This document shows, in pieces, positions 10,701 to 23,925 of a DNA stretch of 64,000 bases. The position numbers were made by a program, and so were the translations under genes. The first letter of the stretch is position 1. Each line of letters starts with the position of its first letter. Below the pieces are notes generated by a model that was given only the letters and a program-made list of their open reading frames with translations, ran no database searches and was not told the origin of the DNA. The DNA comes from Phallusia mammillata. Taxonomy: Eukaryota. The stretch covers positions 7,688,001 through 7,752,000 of the forward strand of contig OZ281501.1 of assembly GCA_965637545.1 (NCBI GenBank). Reading direction: 5' to 3'.

Positions 10701-13700
10701 ATGTGTTTACCACATGCTGTGTTTCCCCCCAAAGAATGACAGAGAACAAATAAATCATTTTGTGACATTTACACCAAGATTTCGTTTTACCCAAGCATAT
10801 CACCTTGTGTCTTTTTAAACGGGCAACATTTACCTATTTCAGTCTCGTTTTTGTAAAATAGCCAGAAATTCATGGGTTCTGCTCGTAGCAAGCATTATAG
10901 TGTTTGCATGCTGCCCAATCAATTGCATGTCACGAATGTCAATGGACACTACTTGCAAGGAAAGTAAAAATGGGATTCTTAGACGTGATGTCACCACTCA
11001 CGTTTATTTGCGGAAGAAACGTTAATGATAGCACGACTCGCGACGTCCAGAGAAAAATTGTAATTTTGCGAAACATTTTCCACAAACAATGTCAAGTATT
11101 TACTGGTGTTTTTCTGATGAAATCATTCCTGAAGTTTGCAAATTGCGTTTCAGGTATGCATTTGCCTGCAATCCGTTAAGTTGTGTTTGAACTAACTGCG
11201 AACATAAGAGTGTAATGACAGGAGTTTTTCAGATCCTGCAACTGATCGGTCAAAGCTAGACATATTTTGTTTACCGGCCTTCAATAAAAGTTGGTGCATA
11301 AAAAAATTGCAACCCTTATGTCGCTGTTTAATAAGATGGTGTAGTTTTCTTTCGTAATACCGTACTCCAGGCGTTTGGTGATAGTTGGCAGAATAATAGC
11401 CATACTAATGTGTATTACTAGGTGTAGAAAACTACAATTGAGTTGATCTTTATCGGTGGTTCGGGTTCACCCTTAGACTTACACAACCTCATAGCATGTC
11501 AATCGCACAGGTTTCCGTTTAGTTGGTCGTACACCGTCCCGCAATGCCCTAGACGTCAAACACGGTCACCAGACTGGCACTCCACCCTTGCGCCACCCAT
11601 AAAGTAATTCCCCGAAGTGTCGTTGGCATGTTAACGTTCTGTATGAAAACCGCTTCATCATGGCACGTCCGTCTTCCTCGACCTGGTGGTTTGCATTTGA
11701 TACATGCGATTGGCCGCTTCCTTGTTTCGACTGTCACTTCTCTCTGTTCCACGTTAACCTTTCAAACCGTAGCAGAGATAAATGTCCATTTATCCTTCTT
11801 ATTCCTTCTCTTTGCCCTAGTCTGCCTTTTACCGTTGCACCGACATCTTATAGTGCAAACTCCGTATAACCTTAGTCTTTGAATGCGAGAATAGTGTAAG
11901 ATAAGGGCTACATGATTATTTTAGTACGTTTTACAAACATAGGGTTTTCCCATTCTTTGATTTGTTAGTAGAAAAATCTGCTAATAATAATGTAATTTGC
12001 AATTGTCTTTGCTGTAGATTTTGACCAATGCGCACAGGTCATTGTTTAATATAGTTTTTTGGTTTACTTTTGCACACGAAAGGAAATAATGTTACGTAAA
12101 AACATGTAATACTAAAAGGTTTATACGCCAAAAGCGGTGTCTTTTAATAGCCTGCATCACATAGATGCAGATTTGCGGTGATTTCCGTATTATGCTGGAA
12201 GTAAAACCATGTACGCAAAGCCAATGGGAATACTGTAGAATATGTATATGCGCGTTGACCTTTCGCGGCATATGCCATTTGTTCTGGAAATAGACCACTT
12301 TGCATATAGTATGTAGTTCTGCGTCTTTAACACAAATTAACTTATATCGTCGCAAAAATTGGATACTATAATCTGTGTGGAAAACTGTTGCAGGATACTC
12401 TGCACCCATTGCATACTCTGTTTATTAACGACTCAGGTACAATAACTATAAGTGCTCATCAGTCTTAAATTTGTTGTTTTATTATTTGTTGTTTGATCAT
12501 TTTCGCTGAGAGTAAGAAGCGGTTTGGTAAACTATAGCAGTGATTCTCAACCTTATGCTGTTTTCGTGCCACCTGATGATTTTTCTATCTCTGCGTACCA
12601 CCTAAACACTGATTGAATGATCAAGAGATAGGATGGGTAGACCAAGAAAATTCTTCTTGACTAGGCTAGCATATTTCTAAAACCAGCGAGGCAAGCAATT
12701 ACGAAACAATGTCCCAGGGACAAGTATCGCACAAACCAGGGTTCATCAGTGGGGTCAGTTGAGTTGCAATTTTTGATCTGACTTAATCTTACAGCAAAAA
12801 GCTATTCACGTATACGAGTGTCTTACATCTGGCCACAGGTAAAACAAGCCATTTTTATGGCTCGAAATTAGCCAACCTGTTTTTATGGCTTATTATAAGC
12901 CAAATGGCTTAAGACAAGCCACTTTGACCTAATATAGGCCAACATTTTTTATAAGGCACCACCTAAATGACCCTGGCGTACCAATACTTGCACACATACC
13001 ACAGGTTGAGAACCACTGAACAGCGGCAACTAATTGTATTAAACGTTAAACACAAGGTCGTGTGTACTTTTACAACAAATTTTTTCCACAACTGACCCAA
13101 CCATTGCTTTTGGGGAATTAAGTTTAAACCACTTAAACCTTCGAGATGCAATTGCCCCAGCATAAAGAATAAGGGAGTAGGGCGATCGTCGTGGTGCATT
13201 GTGACCTTTACCGTCGGTGACGTAGCACTTCTGTGGTCACATATTCAACCAAGGCCAGGCCGCCTATGCGGAAGCCTAAGATCAATAAAGCCACTCGGTG
13301 GAATGGCGCGGGCCATAAAAACGCTCTGCGGCAGTCCTGCTTGCTGCGTTTGTTACACTCTTAAGCATGTATTTGTTCACTTTGTTCTTGTAGTTCATAG
13401 CACTTCGTTAGAAATTCGTTGGTTTTTCTGTTCTCGTGAATCATCTAAAAACGTTTTTGTTTGTGTGTAAGAAAGCTTGGTTTGCCTAACATGTTTTTGT
13501 CAAATAAAAGTTATAAGTTACAAGATGCTGTAACAAAACACTTTGGCAGTGTATTGAATGAAGCTGTTTTCAGATCTGGAATCGTTTATCCCTAAATATA
13601 AATATTATGTTGAAATAAGATTACTCGTCAAGTCGTTTAATTCTATGTGAATAAGGTACCGGTGATGCTGTTTTAATAGGAAATAAAATACGACTTATAT

Positions 13701-15390
13701 ATTATCGATTTCAGGACAAAAAAGTACAAAGTACAGTAAAAAATGCTTTAAACAAGCTGTTGAATTTGTAGTATCGTTTGCTATTGAGGCGTAATGTTGT
13801 TTTTGACTCATTTATTTCATTTCGTCGGGCTACATATTGCTTATATTTGAAGCCACGCTTGTTCCAGTGACTCTTAACCCCAAAGCTATCCATCACGTTG
13901 ATTTATCCCAACTCTCACGCTATGTCATTTAGCAAGAGAGTGTCCTTTTTCCGAGTAACTGTCACAGGTGCCCATATTGCCTCCGCAAAGTAAAAAAAAG
14001 TCAGTGTATTTGTATGTTTTTGCGACATGCTGTTGATTTACTGTCTTTCTTCTGGGGAAGTGAAAACCAAAGCTTCAATAAAAATCCGGTAGACTTCCTT
14101 CTGCAAATGTGTTTGGTTTCATGCCCCTGATTTTGTCTTTCATCAACCATGTTGTTATTAGTTTTATCACGTTGCTCTTCTTTCCAAAGTCATAATCTCG
14201 AAAGCGATCTCGAGGGCTCAGGAAATTGTCTTGCCATCAATATATAAAAAAATAACGTAGGTGTTCCCAGTATTCGCTGAACCGCTTCGTGAACCATGGA
14301 CGCATCATTAACCTGCAGAGGAATTTTGGACGTGGGCCACTCTTTCATGTTGCAAAAATTAATTTTCAAAGAAAGTTTTTTATACCAATTTATAGCAGTG
14401 TTTTTTGCCTATTTTGCATTACGATACGCGGGCTTGGTTATTGACAAGATCGAATTATTGAAAGAACGGTATGAAGGTTCCTAATACTTACATATGTCTT
14501 GGGACTTATATATGTCCATTGACTCGGAGTTAAGACACTGCTCTCAACAACCACAATTTTTCTTCTTTGGAGTATAAACTTACTAATTATTCCCCATTTA
14601 TCTTGTAAAAATCGTTTATGGACTAAAGAGGGTGGTCAAAATTTGTGACAAATTCAATCAAAGGCCATAGTTGTCAAATATTTTATTACTTTTCCTTGTA
14701 TATATAAAGTTGCTTTTGTTTACTGATCTGATGACTTTGCCTCGCAGGTTTTAATATTCCGGACTCGATGAACGATCCATCACGTGACCGTCGCTTTTCA
14801 TCGTCACGCTCTGATGGTTTACCCGTCGGTCGCTCCCATCCATCCGGATGTAGAAAACGTCGCAACACCACTGAGTACAACTTAGGTGAGCAAACCTTAT
14901 CAATTTTCTGGCCCTAACAGAAACGTTAAGAGCATATGCAAGTTATGGTTGAAACGTAGATGCAAGATTCTGCGGGTTAAATTGAATTGCTTTTGGTAAT
15001 TGTAGATGAATTTTATAATAGTTGTTGATTTAGAACATTTAGTTGGTGAATTTATTGAAAAACCATAAAACCTTCATTTTATGGCCACAAGTGTTTGAAA
15101 AAAGGCATCAGTTTGAATACACGAACCAGAAATTTTCTCGAACACTTTTTTTTTGTTTTTTTCTCCCAAACCCCATAAAAATGTGCTGCAAGCCTTTGAA
15201 ACACAACAAAAAAAGTTGATTGAACTATGTTTACCAAGGGCGCTTGCTGCTCTTCACAATGAAAGTTTTAGGTTTTTGGCAGAACTTTTTACATGACGTG
15301 ACCCAAGTTATAAATATTCTCTGCTTCAATGTGGAATATATTGTTGACAGATCTTGTCTGCTCTTTGCCCTTTCAGTTGCACCGCAATGA
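7736..15390 (+). CDS. Unidentified low-complexity (S/T/P/Q/A-rich) protein; exons 7736-7871, 8177-8438, 9185-9370, 14748-14885, probable last exon 15377-15390 (stop)
   Basis: Four segments with canonical AG/GT sites (donors gtttag, gtgagt, gtaagg, gtgagc) join in frame (phases 0,1,1,1): GFVPTT...SMQFYPSTQQQ/MVNQLGQHAAFNPSF...YSHP/DIQGFFINAAAQAISAAL...SNKRLCMEQTQT/GFNIPDSMND...GCRKRRNTTEYNL/VAPQ*. First in-frame ATG at 7842. No domain recognised; start and end uncertain. Confidence 0.7.
10340..10700. mobile_element. Two degenerate hAT-MITE fragments in opposite orientation
   Basis: GGGGTCCGCAA motifs and right-end-like GGTTTAGAGTCACTG (ends 10503); reverse-oriented CGGACCCC/GGGACCC segment at about 10610-10700. 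No convincing TSD. Confidence 0.45.
12538..13018. mobile_element. hAT/Charlie-like MITE, probably with a nested insertion
   Basis: Ends CAGTGATTCTCAACCT and AGGTTGAGAACCACTG form an inverted pair; internal AGCCA/TGGCT-rich block at about 12830-12950; flanking 8-mers match only partly (aactatag / aacagcgg). Confidence 0.6.
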
Positions 15391-16515
15391 CTTGTGGGTT
15401 TTGTACGTCCTGTGCAAAGTTGATAACCTTGCTCCGTAGGGAATGTTAAAGGATTTACCGGGAGGCCTTAGTCCATGCTGAAATATATCTGTGTACAACA
15501 TTGCACTTTTAAAGCACAAATGATGTAACCGTAGTTGGGTAGTCGTGAATGTTTTTGAGATCAAACCCAACTAAATGCAGGTCCCTTTAACTGTGCATCT
15601 CATTTGAGCAATGTTTCAAATGTTTTTTGACATAGTTAACGTTTGACATAGTAACCCATTAGGAGCTGGTATACAAACCCGGTCAAAGTAATTTAAACCC
15701 TCAATCATTCAGTGACATATAATGATTTTTTACAAGATCATTCCGAATAGTCGGCATTTTATTTTGACGATCACCGATTATATACGAGTAACTTTTTGCA
15801 AGCATAGTTGACGAAGCAATAGTGCTTCTGAATTACAATCAGTCAAAAAATAGTATTAAACCGGTATATATATTTCACCCATGTGCCAACTTGATTCTGT
15901 TTTACCTCTGCATTCGTATGTGCAGAACGATTTATGATGCCCACATGCCTACAATATATATCGTTTTAAAACTATATGATGACTAATTCTGATTTATAAG
16001 CACTGTAACTCCATTGTCCAAGTCCGGTTTTAACATCTTTGGTCTTGTACTTTTTGCTTCTTTTGCGTGGACGTAAATTTGCATAAAAGCTTTTTGGGGG
16101 CGCAAGCAAAGACATGTTTGTCACAACAACGTGTAGTAGTGGCTATAAATCATGATCAGCTTCGATAATGAGTTTATAATGTCCAAGCATAATTGTCGTC
16201 AGGTCCGTACAATCAAGCAAGACGGACGTTCTGTTAACACTTAACCTTTTTCGCATCCTAAAATACGATTTTATTCCTGCACTTTAAACAGCAACAAAAA
16301 TGTTTTAGGTTTTTTCTGATTGTGTGTTTTTCACTGTTCAATGATTTTTATGTAAGATAACTCACACTGTTTCGAATTTTGCAAAGCACCTTGTAATATA
16401 TACCATGCTTTCCCTATTTGATAAGCGTATGTCATACAAGATGTTAAGACTGTAATACCTAAGAAACCCAAACCAAACGTGGAAGTTCAAATTACCGAGC
16501 GTTATCCTATCTTAG

Positions 16516-16574
16516 CTCGTAAGCGTCCTGGTCTTTGCGGTGGTGAACCAAAGAGCATAGCCTTTGGGCGATAA
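16516..16574 (+). CDS. Candidate alternative terminal exon of the unidentified gene (ARKRPGLCGGEPKSIAFGR*)
   Basis: Acceptor ttatcctatcttag, phase-1 compatible with exon 14748-14885, stop TAA at 16572-16574. Confidence 0.3.
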
Positions 16575-19558
16575 AACGCGACCATTTGACGCTTACTGAA
16601 ACGCCAGACAATGCAAACACTCTGTTTTCCCCATGGAGGGTGTAAGCAGGGTGGCCCATTGTGTACACAGCACACTTAATTTTGTGCTGAATGGTATTGG
16701 GAGGCCACCACAAATGTGATATAAATGTGCAAAGTTTGCAGGAGCACCATTTCATTTTGCTGGAAGTTTTCAACAACTGATAAAATTTAGCGATATGAGG
16801 ACTAATACCAATGCAAACCTTTCTTGCACTATTGCTCACAAGTAAAAATGTTGAAGTTTGCCACATGCTTTGGTGTTTTCCTTGGTTGACTAGACTAAAA
16901 TCAAGTTTAACACCCAATAACGTATTTTATTCAATGATTTTGCCCTGAAAACTTATGTTTCTCAACCGTGTAAAGTATGCATAGCCTTATCTGACTTTGC
17001 CGTTTCGTTTAGCGGCTCACACCCATAAATATCATTGATTTTTATTCCTAAATGACGAAATGTATAAAGCCAAGGCCCAGTTTTACTGATTGTGTTGCAT
17101 TGCTGCGTTTGTGTAATTTGTCATTCAATTTTCCAGTACCTTTTAGATTCCTTTTTATTTGACTTCTAAAAAGCTTGGTTTGTGTACTTTTCAAACACCA
17201 AAAATGGTGAAGATAAATAACTGTTAACTATTTATGTAGGAATGTCCATACGTAAGCAACTCCTCACATGTACATAAGCAATTTGTTTAATCGCACTATA
17301 GTCAATCATTAACGTTCCAACGATAACTGCCTTTGCCTTGTCTTGTCGTGGGTTTTATGATGTCACAACAGGGTTTAGAGGTCAACGCGCTTCGTGGATT
17401 TGCCAACCGGCCACGTGACTTGTTGAACGATCGTCAATGACCCTTGCTCGGTCGTTGACCTTTTTGTAATTGTTTTACGAGTTTACTGCGGAACTGCGGA
17501 CATTGTAGTAATGCAGAAGTAAAAGTTTACGTGTAAACTTTCATCATGTCGTGGCCTCTGAACGAACATGGTTTTAGATTGTGAGTAAAGTTTATTAGTT
17601 TTGCAACCTACAGCAATACGCACTCGTTTTTCGACATACACAATATATACAAACAACATTATGTGAATCTTAAACGGCTAAAGTGCTAGCCATGTTGACT
17701 GAAAACTAAGTTTGTGTATAATTCAAGGTTAATCAGATTTTTTTTAAATAAGGTTGAATATGCATTACCCCTTTATAAACCCAAAATTGCAGGTACTTTG
17801 TATGAAAATTCGACCTATTGGTCCTGATGGATTAAGTAGCCGCCTTACAATATAAACCTAAAACACGATGGAAACAAAATCACAAAATACCTTTTTATGG
17901 GTTATCAGGCTTTACCATTATTGACCTAAACGCAAGGTCGTCGCAAACGCAAAGTGTTGTAATCCTCACTTAATCCGCGTAACGGTTGTTACACGGTACA
18001 GGCTTTCTACCGGTCAAATTCATTTTTGCAAGGTTTCTCAGAACATGCTATTGCTCCTGCATTCGCAACAGGTTAATGTTTATGCTCGATTGCTGTCCGC
18101 ACAAACATTGCGCATGGATCAACAGAATAGTTCGAGCTTTAGTTAATTTCACCACACCTTACTTTGCACCGTTTCTGCATGCGGCTTTGGACATGATTTT
18201 TATCTCATTTTCAACCTTTTTGTTTTTAACCAAAAACGATTTAAGGGTAAGGATTCAGTTTAAGTATTTTTAGTCTTAGGGCGTTCTGTATATTTTAAGG
18301 CAATCATTGCTTTGCATCGCCCCAAACTACTTAAAGTCTTAAAGTGTAGATTGATTTGCGTTGCCCTGGGCAAATAGCCAACGAACAATTCAAATCAAAT
18401 GTGCACTCAGGAGTTTCAGTTTTTTGTTTCTCACCGATTTTGTGTTTGTTAAAATATGCGGTTGAAATTTCTGCATTTGTTTCATAGCTATAGGTTTAAT
18501 GTGTTTTACATTGCGTAAAATAACAAACTGCTCGACTTGCCGGCCCCCTAAGTAGCCTTGATAAGAGGGCACAGCCATTGCCACTATTATTAGTCCGGTT
18601 AAGTACAGACCAAGTGCACTCTGGACAGCCAGTTCCGTTAGCATGTTGCTTGCTTTGCCCAGTCAAGGCTTCCACATCTAAAATAAGCCACCGCACCCAG
18701 CGTTTATTAGTTTACTCTAAGGAGGTGCTTAAACAGAGGATTCGACCGTTTTCATAGAATCTCGCGTCTTGGCATTAACAAACTGTCCAATGTTGATGAC
18801 ACGCTCCTTGGCTCTGCAAGTGGGGAAAACCCTATGGTGACGGTTTAAAGTTTCTGATGTGTACGAGTTCATTTATACCTGTTCGTTAGCGGTGGCTGTA
18901 CGGATTATAGTGACGTAATATAACCTGTTTTGCTTGTGTCTCGTAGCCCTAAGTTGTTTATATTGGTCTGTGCTAATGCTTGTATTAAACCGGCTTGTTT
19001 GGAAATTCATGCAGACCTTGTGTTGGAATCAAATAAAAATACACTTACAATTATAATCGAGTTTAGTTCCGGCATTTTTTAAACTCCTGTTGCTATAATC
19101 TAAGCATTTAATAAATTGTGTTTTTGGTGTGTTTCTGAACATGGCTTGCTTGCTTTTCAAAGAACAACCTATAAAACAGTTTAAAAAGCACAGTGTTTTT
19201 GACAAAGCTTTTCATCTACGCGTAGTGCTTCGCCCAATTCACAATTTCAATGATTTATTCATATCTCCCGAAACCCACAAACTGTCATATCATCTCGTTC
19301 AAAAACCTTGGACCAGTTTTTCTCCTCAATATTACAAACCGCACAGAGCCCTTCCCGTAAAATTTGAACATTGATCCCCCTGCGTTAATTGCTTTCATAA
19401 AATCGGTGCCAGTCGCCGTGTTTGTTGTGTCTGCGTTTCCAGCGTTTATTTCACGCCTGGTAGTTGTTTATGCCGCAAAAATACAACAAACCAGACAAGG
19501 AAGGTGCGTGTTAAAGCCATCGTGTGTTTTCTGGCATTCACAACTGCGGGATTCGACC

Positions 19559-19700
19559 CAGGGGCGTATCCAGAAATTTTTAAAGGGGGGGGGTCGAACA
19601 ATTTTTTCGGGGGGAAATCCCTAATGACGTCATTATGACGTCACACGTCGTTCAAAACGACGCGTTATGCGGCAAAGCACTTTTTCCAAAACTGGCGGTT
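19559..19700 (+). mobile_element. Left end of a hAT-type MITE (CAGGGGCGTATCCAG...GGGGGGG) carrying two CRE palindromes
   Basis: Typical CAGGGGCG(G/T)ATCCAG terminus plus G-run; the matching right TIR was not found, so the extent is uncertain. Confidence 0.5.
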
Positions 19701-21103
19701 TCTAGAACTAAATCTCTTGCTGAAGCGGTAATCCTACTGTTAAGTTGCGCAAAGTCACGAATGCACTAAAGGTGGTAACTGCAGAAGGCATAAATTGTGC
19801 CTGGCAAGTAACAAATTACCCTAATAACATAACTCGATTTACATCGATCTAATGTTTTTGACAAACTATTACGTGTTTGGCGGATCAAAGCATACACAAC
19901 ATTACACGTTTTTAACACTTTTGCATTGTTCAAATGCAAAAACAGTTTGATATGTTGCACTTAGTGCAGTTACCACTTAGCAAGAAACTGCTACCAGCGT
20001 CCAAACCCCCGTTTTTAGTTTTGTACCTTGTTTGGGGGAATGGGCGACTGTTTTGTTAGTTTTGTACAGTGAGCATGAATATAGTGAATGTATTTTAACA
20101 ACAGCTAATGTTAATTTCTGCGCCTCGGTAAAAAAGCGCTTCGGTTCGTTTTTTTACTTTTCTGCTCTTTGATGTATTTGTGGAGATATGTGAGTCATTA
20201 CTCTGACAATGGATCATCACCTGTACACTAAACGTTGCCCACAGACGCATAATATGTTTTGCACCTAACAGTGTAATGATTTAAATAAAACAAAACAAGT
20301 GTCAAGGGGCAATCCTTTTTAAGGTAAAAAATAAAAGCTGTTGAAAATATTTGCATCTGCCTTTTGCTAGGCGTGCATTTTCTACAAAGATGTAAAACGT
20401 ACCAGAACCCAACGATATAAATATAGTTCCAAAACTCATTATGCCCTAATCACAACTTTTTTATGGCATATTTTGCATTTACTCAGGTTTTGATGAAAGC
20501 AACTTCCTATTGACTCTTCAAAACCGGCTATAATTTTCTGCTATTGCGTTGCTTGAAAAATAATTCCATCGACATGGCAATACTTTCAGAGCTTTACGTG
20601 AAAGTAATTTACCAATCTGCTGTGAAAAAAAAAACAGGTTAAAATTTGCAATTAAGACATAGATGAATAGCTGGGATCAGCCCTGAAGTGTCGATGCAAG
20701 CCAGGCGATCACGACACACTTGGTGACCGGCTGATTCGGTATGACGGCTTCAATAGGCCTGGCGTACTATCATTGCTAAAATTTGCACATTTTTGTGTTT
20801 TTTGATGAGATATCACAGCAGTGCTGGTTTGCGGGTTGTTCGTGAAATCGCCTCATGCCAAGCACAGATATCAACCGCGCACGATTTTTCACGTAATTGC
20901 CGTTTACGCGTTGCAACCTTTTTCCGATTAATTGACCTGAGGCGACACGAACATTTTGTGGCAGTTTGTTGCAACTTTCCATGATTTTGAATCCTCTCTA
21001 GGCAGTAATTCTCACTATTTGTAAATGTTTTTTTTTTTCAAGTTTAGCAATGGAAATGTCCTTGTTCTTTGAAATGCATACTTTCGCTGCATATGATTTA
21101 AAC

Positions 21104-21360
21104 CAGTGATTCTTAAACTGTGTGCGCCGGCAAACTAGTGTGTCGTGAGAGATTGTCAAGTTTACTGCGAAATATTTCCTATTTTAAGGTGCAAACATTC
21201 CCTGGTATTTAAGGACTTCATGACGGAATACTAGTTTGCATGACACATTTCAAAGCTCAAATTTCAGTTATTGGTAATGAAAATCTTCCTTACCCACAAC
21301 TTTTATTGTATTTGCCTGCCAAGTGTGCTGCGGAAGGAAATTTTAGTTCTTTAACCGCTG
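21104..21360. mobile_element. Degenerate Charlie-like hAT MITE (257 bp)
   Basis: Ends CAGTGATTCTTAAACT and AGTTCTTTAACCGCTG; 8-bp TSD 7/8 identical (ATTTAAAC 21096-21103 / ATTTATAC 21361-21368). Confidence 0.7.
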
Positions 21361-21494
21361 ATTTATACAATCAGACGCGTTACACTCACTAAAGGTCAGC
21401 TGCAGAACACGGAAAAACCCCTTAAATCAAATAGAGTTTGACGTTGCCTAACATTAAACGACAATTCTACCGATCGATCAATGAACGGTGGTGG

Positions 21495-21620
21495 CAATGA
21501 CGTTGATATCACGTGACACGAATTGGTCGCCAATAGAGCATGACGTGTCGAAATCCCGAGAGAGTCAGTCAGGTCGTGTCGTACGTCAGATATAAATTTG
21601 AGCTTGTGAACTCATACTCT
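21495..21620 (+). promoter_or_regulatory. Promoter-like motif cluster with no assigned gene
   Basis: TGACGT 21498, CACGTG 21510, ATTGG 21522, CCAAT 21530, TGACGT 21541, ACGTCA 21583, TATAAA 21591, Inr-like CTCATAC about 20 bp further. Confidence 0.4.
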
Positions 21621-23759
21621 AAGGTTACGTTGGATTTCACCTTGAAATACTAGATACAATACATTTATCATGTGCTATGCTTAAAACTTTAAACTTCAGG
21701 TGAATGTCCGTTAACCAACTATCCAATGGTCTTTTGTTGGACAAATGTTTTCATTGCTAAATGCCAAACCAAGGTGGAGAATTAAAAAACAAAACTGCAG
21801 AGAGCTTGTATGCAATGATTGCATTTCCTTCGTGTGGGGAACGTCTTAATGTAGCAAAATTTTAGGGCTAATGAATTGTTCTGCGATCTTTATTGACAAA
21901 AAGTTGTCCTGGCCCCTGATGATAACAACAGCAATTGTTAAAAATTTGACTTTTAATCTTGGAACGCATTAGTTCTGCTATACCGGTTTTATTTTCGACG
22001 AAGCTTTGATGTTAAGGAAGTGTCTATATTCATAAAGTTGATTTTGCGTTGCAAGACCTGAACATCATTACAATTTGGATTGTTTTTACTCAAAATGTGT
22101 ACAGTTTGTACGGGGTTCTCGCTTTTTTGTCGATATATGTGTTCCTTGTTTTCGTTTTACGTGTAACCTGCCTGCAATCAAATCCAAATTCAATTTCATT
22201 CACAAATTGAATTTTTATGCAATTAGCATCAGGCGTTTAACACCGCCCACGTAGGATGTCTTGAACCTGGCGTTAAATTCAGCGGCCAAGATCTTTCCCG
22301 GTTTAAGCAAATTCGCGATAACATCACCCCTGTCGCAAACATGCATAGTTGTGGCTTGTGTGAGATCCCAGTATAATATATTACCTTACCTTTATGTTGG
22401 CAAAGAAAATTAATATTGTCGCATTGAAACCATAATTTACGATCCCCTATGTTTCGAGCGTTATTTTGATACGGAAAGGCGATATCTCTTTTCAACTTGA
22501 CATTTAATGCATTTGTCATGCGTTTTTCAAAACTCTCTAGTGTTTAATGATAAAAACAACGGCCCAAATAGACTAAAAAGGCGACGTTCTTTATTTCCGA
22601 AATGTTGTTTACAAATTCCCACACAAACCACTCGAGTTTGTAAATAGTTTTCAAATGTTGTAGTGTTCCAGGGTCACTTTGATAACTTAGCAATGATTTG
22701 GTAAAGACAAATCCATGTGGCGTTTTAACAAACCAACTACAATATTCGAGAAAAGTATTTTTTTGAAATGACACAAACCTTGTCTGTAAGGCCATAGGTG
22801 ACCACAGTCTACAATTTTCTGACGTTGACTTCCTTGATATTTCTGCCTGGCAACTTGGTTTAAAAATCCGTCTATGATTAAGCTATGATAGGTTTTTTTT
22901 ACGTTTGCTTTTGACAAATTGTTTTTGAGTCAAATGCAAGCTCTACTGCTCCATGCCTGTGGGTATTGTTATCTTCTTAACATTGAAATTGTGGTTTCGA
23001 AAATGTATTATGTGGTTATATTGGGCAAAATGGTACAAGTAGTAAGGACATCCTGTTGCTATTGCCAAATGACCTTCGGGTTTTATCATACATATTGTCT
23101 TAATGCTTTTACACCCCCAAATTCATGTACACTTGCAGTGCAGTATGAAAACCACATGTTGTTCTTCACTTACATACTTTTAACGCAATGATTGTATATA
23201 ATTCTCTATAAAGGATTAAATGTGCTCAAATGTATAAGTTTAGTGCGCATATTCATCAGGCGTTTGCTAAACGAGCTTGTGTGTTGATGTAATTGGTCGA
23301 TTGCTTAGTAGATTTTCGTGAAGCATTCTCATGGGAATTGCTAGCGGTTTAAGTTCAGCTCCTGCCCCGAGACGCGGTGATTATCCCTTTTCCTGTTTAC
23401 ATCATCTCCTTTGAGACAATAAACAATATACAATGTTGTACCTATCACCCTTTACCTTTTGTGTATATTTAACTCAATGTCCAATGAGTTACTGAAATTG
23501 GACAGCCGCTCCCGTAGATGAATGACGTACATCGGGCGCAGTCGGGCTCTTGTCCAGCAAATAAACGTCATGTTACCGCAGACAGGAATTGTGACATTTG
23601 ACGGTTGATGTGGCCGCAGGTAACGCAGTTGCACAAATAGGTGTGCCGACGCAAGGTCATAATCACTAAATAAAGCTGCTCAATTGCTGGGTTCGCGTTG
23701 TTAACGTAACGAAATGGAAATGTAGTAGCCTTTACGAGATAAACGGTTAACCTTCTAAC

Positions 23760-23925
23760 CGTTTTCCAACCTTTTTTGTCATGTGCACCCTTTTAGTCGA
23801 TATTCAAATCACCCTACAAAATCTAATTCCCTCATATATGGCAAATGCAGTAGTAACACATAGCACAGACAACCAGTAACACATTAATATTGTGACACAA
23901 ATTCCCCCCTGGTTGGGAACCACTG
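23760..23925. mobile_element. Short Charlie-like hAT MITE
   Basis: Right end GGTTGGGAACCACTG, eroded left end GTTTTCCAACC, flanking TTCTAAC(C/G) duplication (23753-23760 / 23926-23933). Confidence 0.65.

Noticed and set aside
12740-12757. GGTTCA-N6-GGGTCA
   Set aside because: Spacer is 6 bp, not a canonical RARE, and it lies within a MITE.
14686-14880. Minus-strand ORF (VVLRRFLHPDGWERP...)
   Set aside because: Antisense shadow of the plus-strand exon 14748-14885, which has proper splice sites.
18390-18696. Minus-strand ORFs with a hydrophobic segment (ALGLYLTGLIIVAMAVPSY)
   Set aside because: Isolated, with no partner exons or recognisable family.
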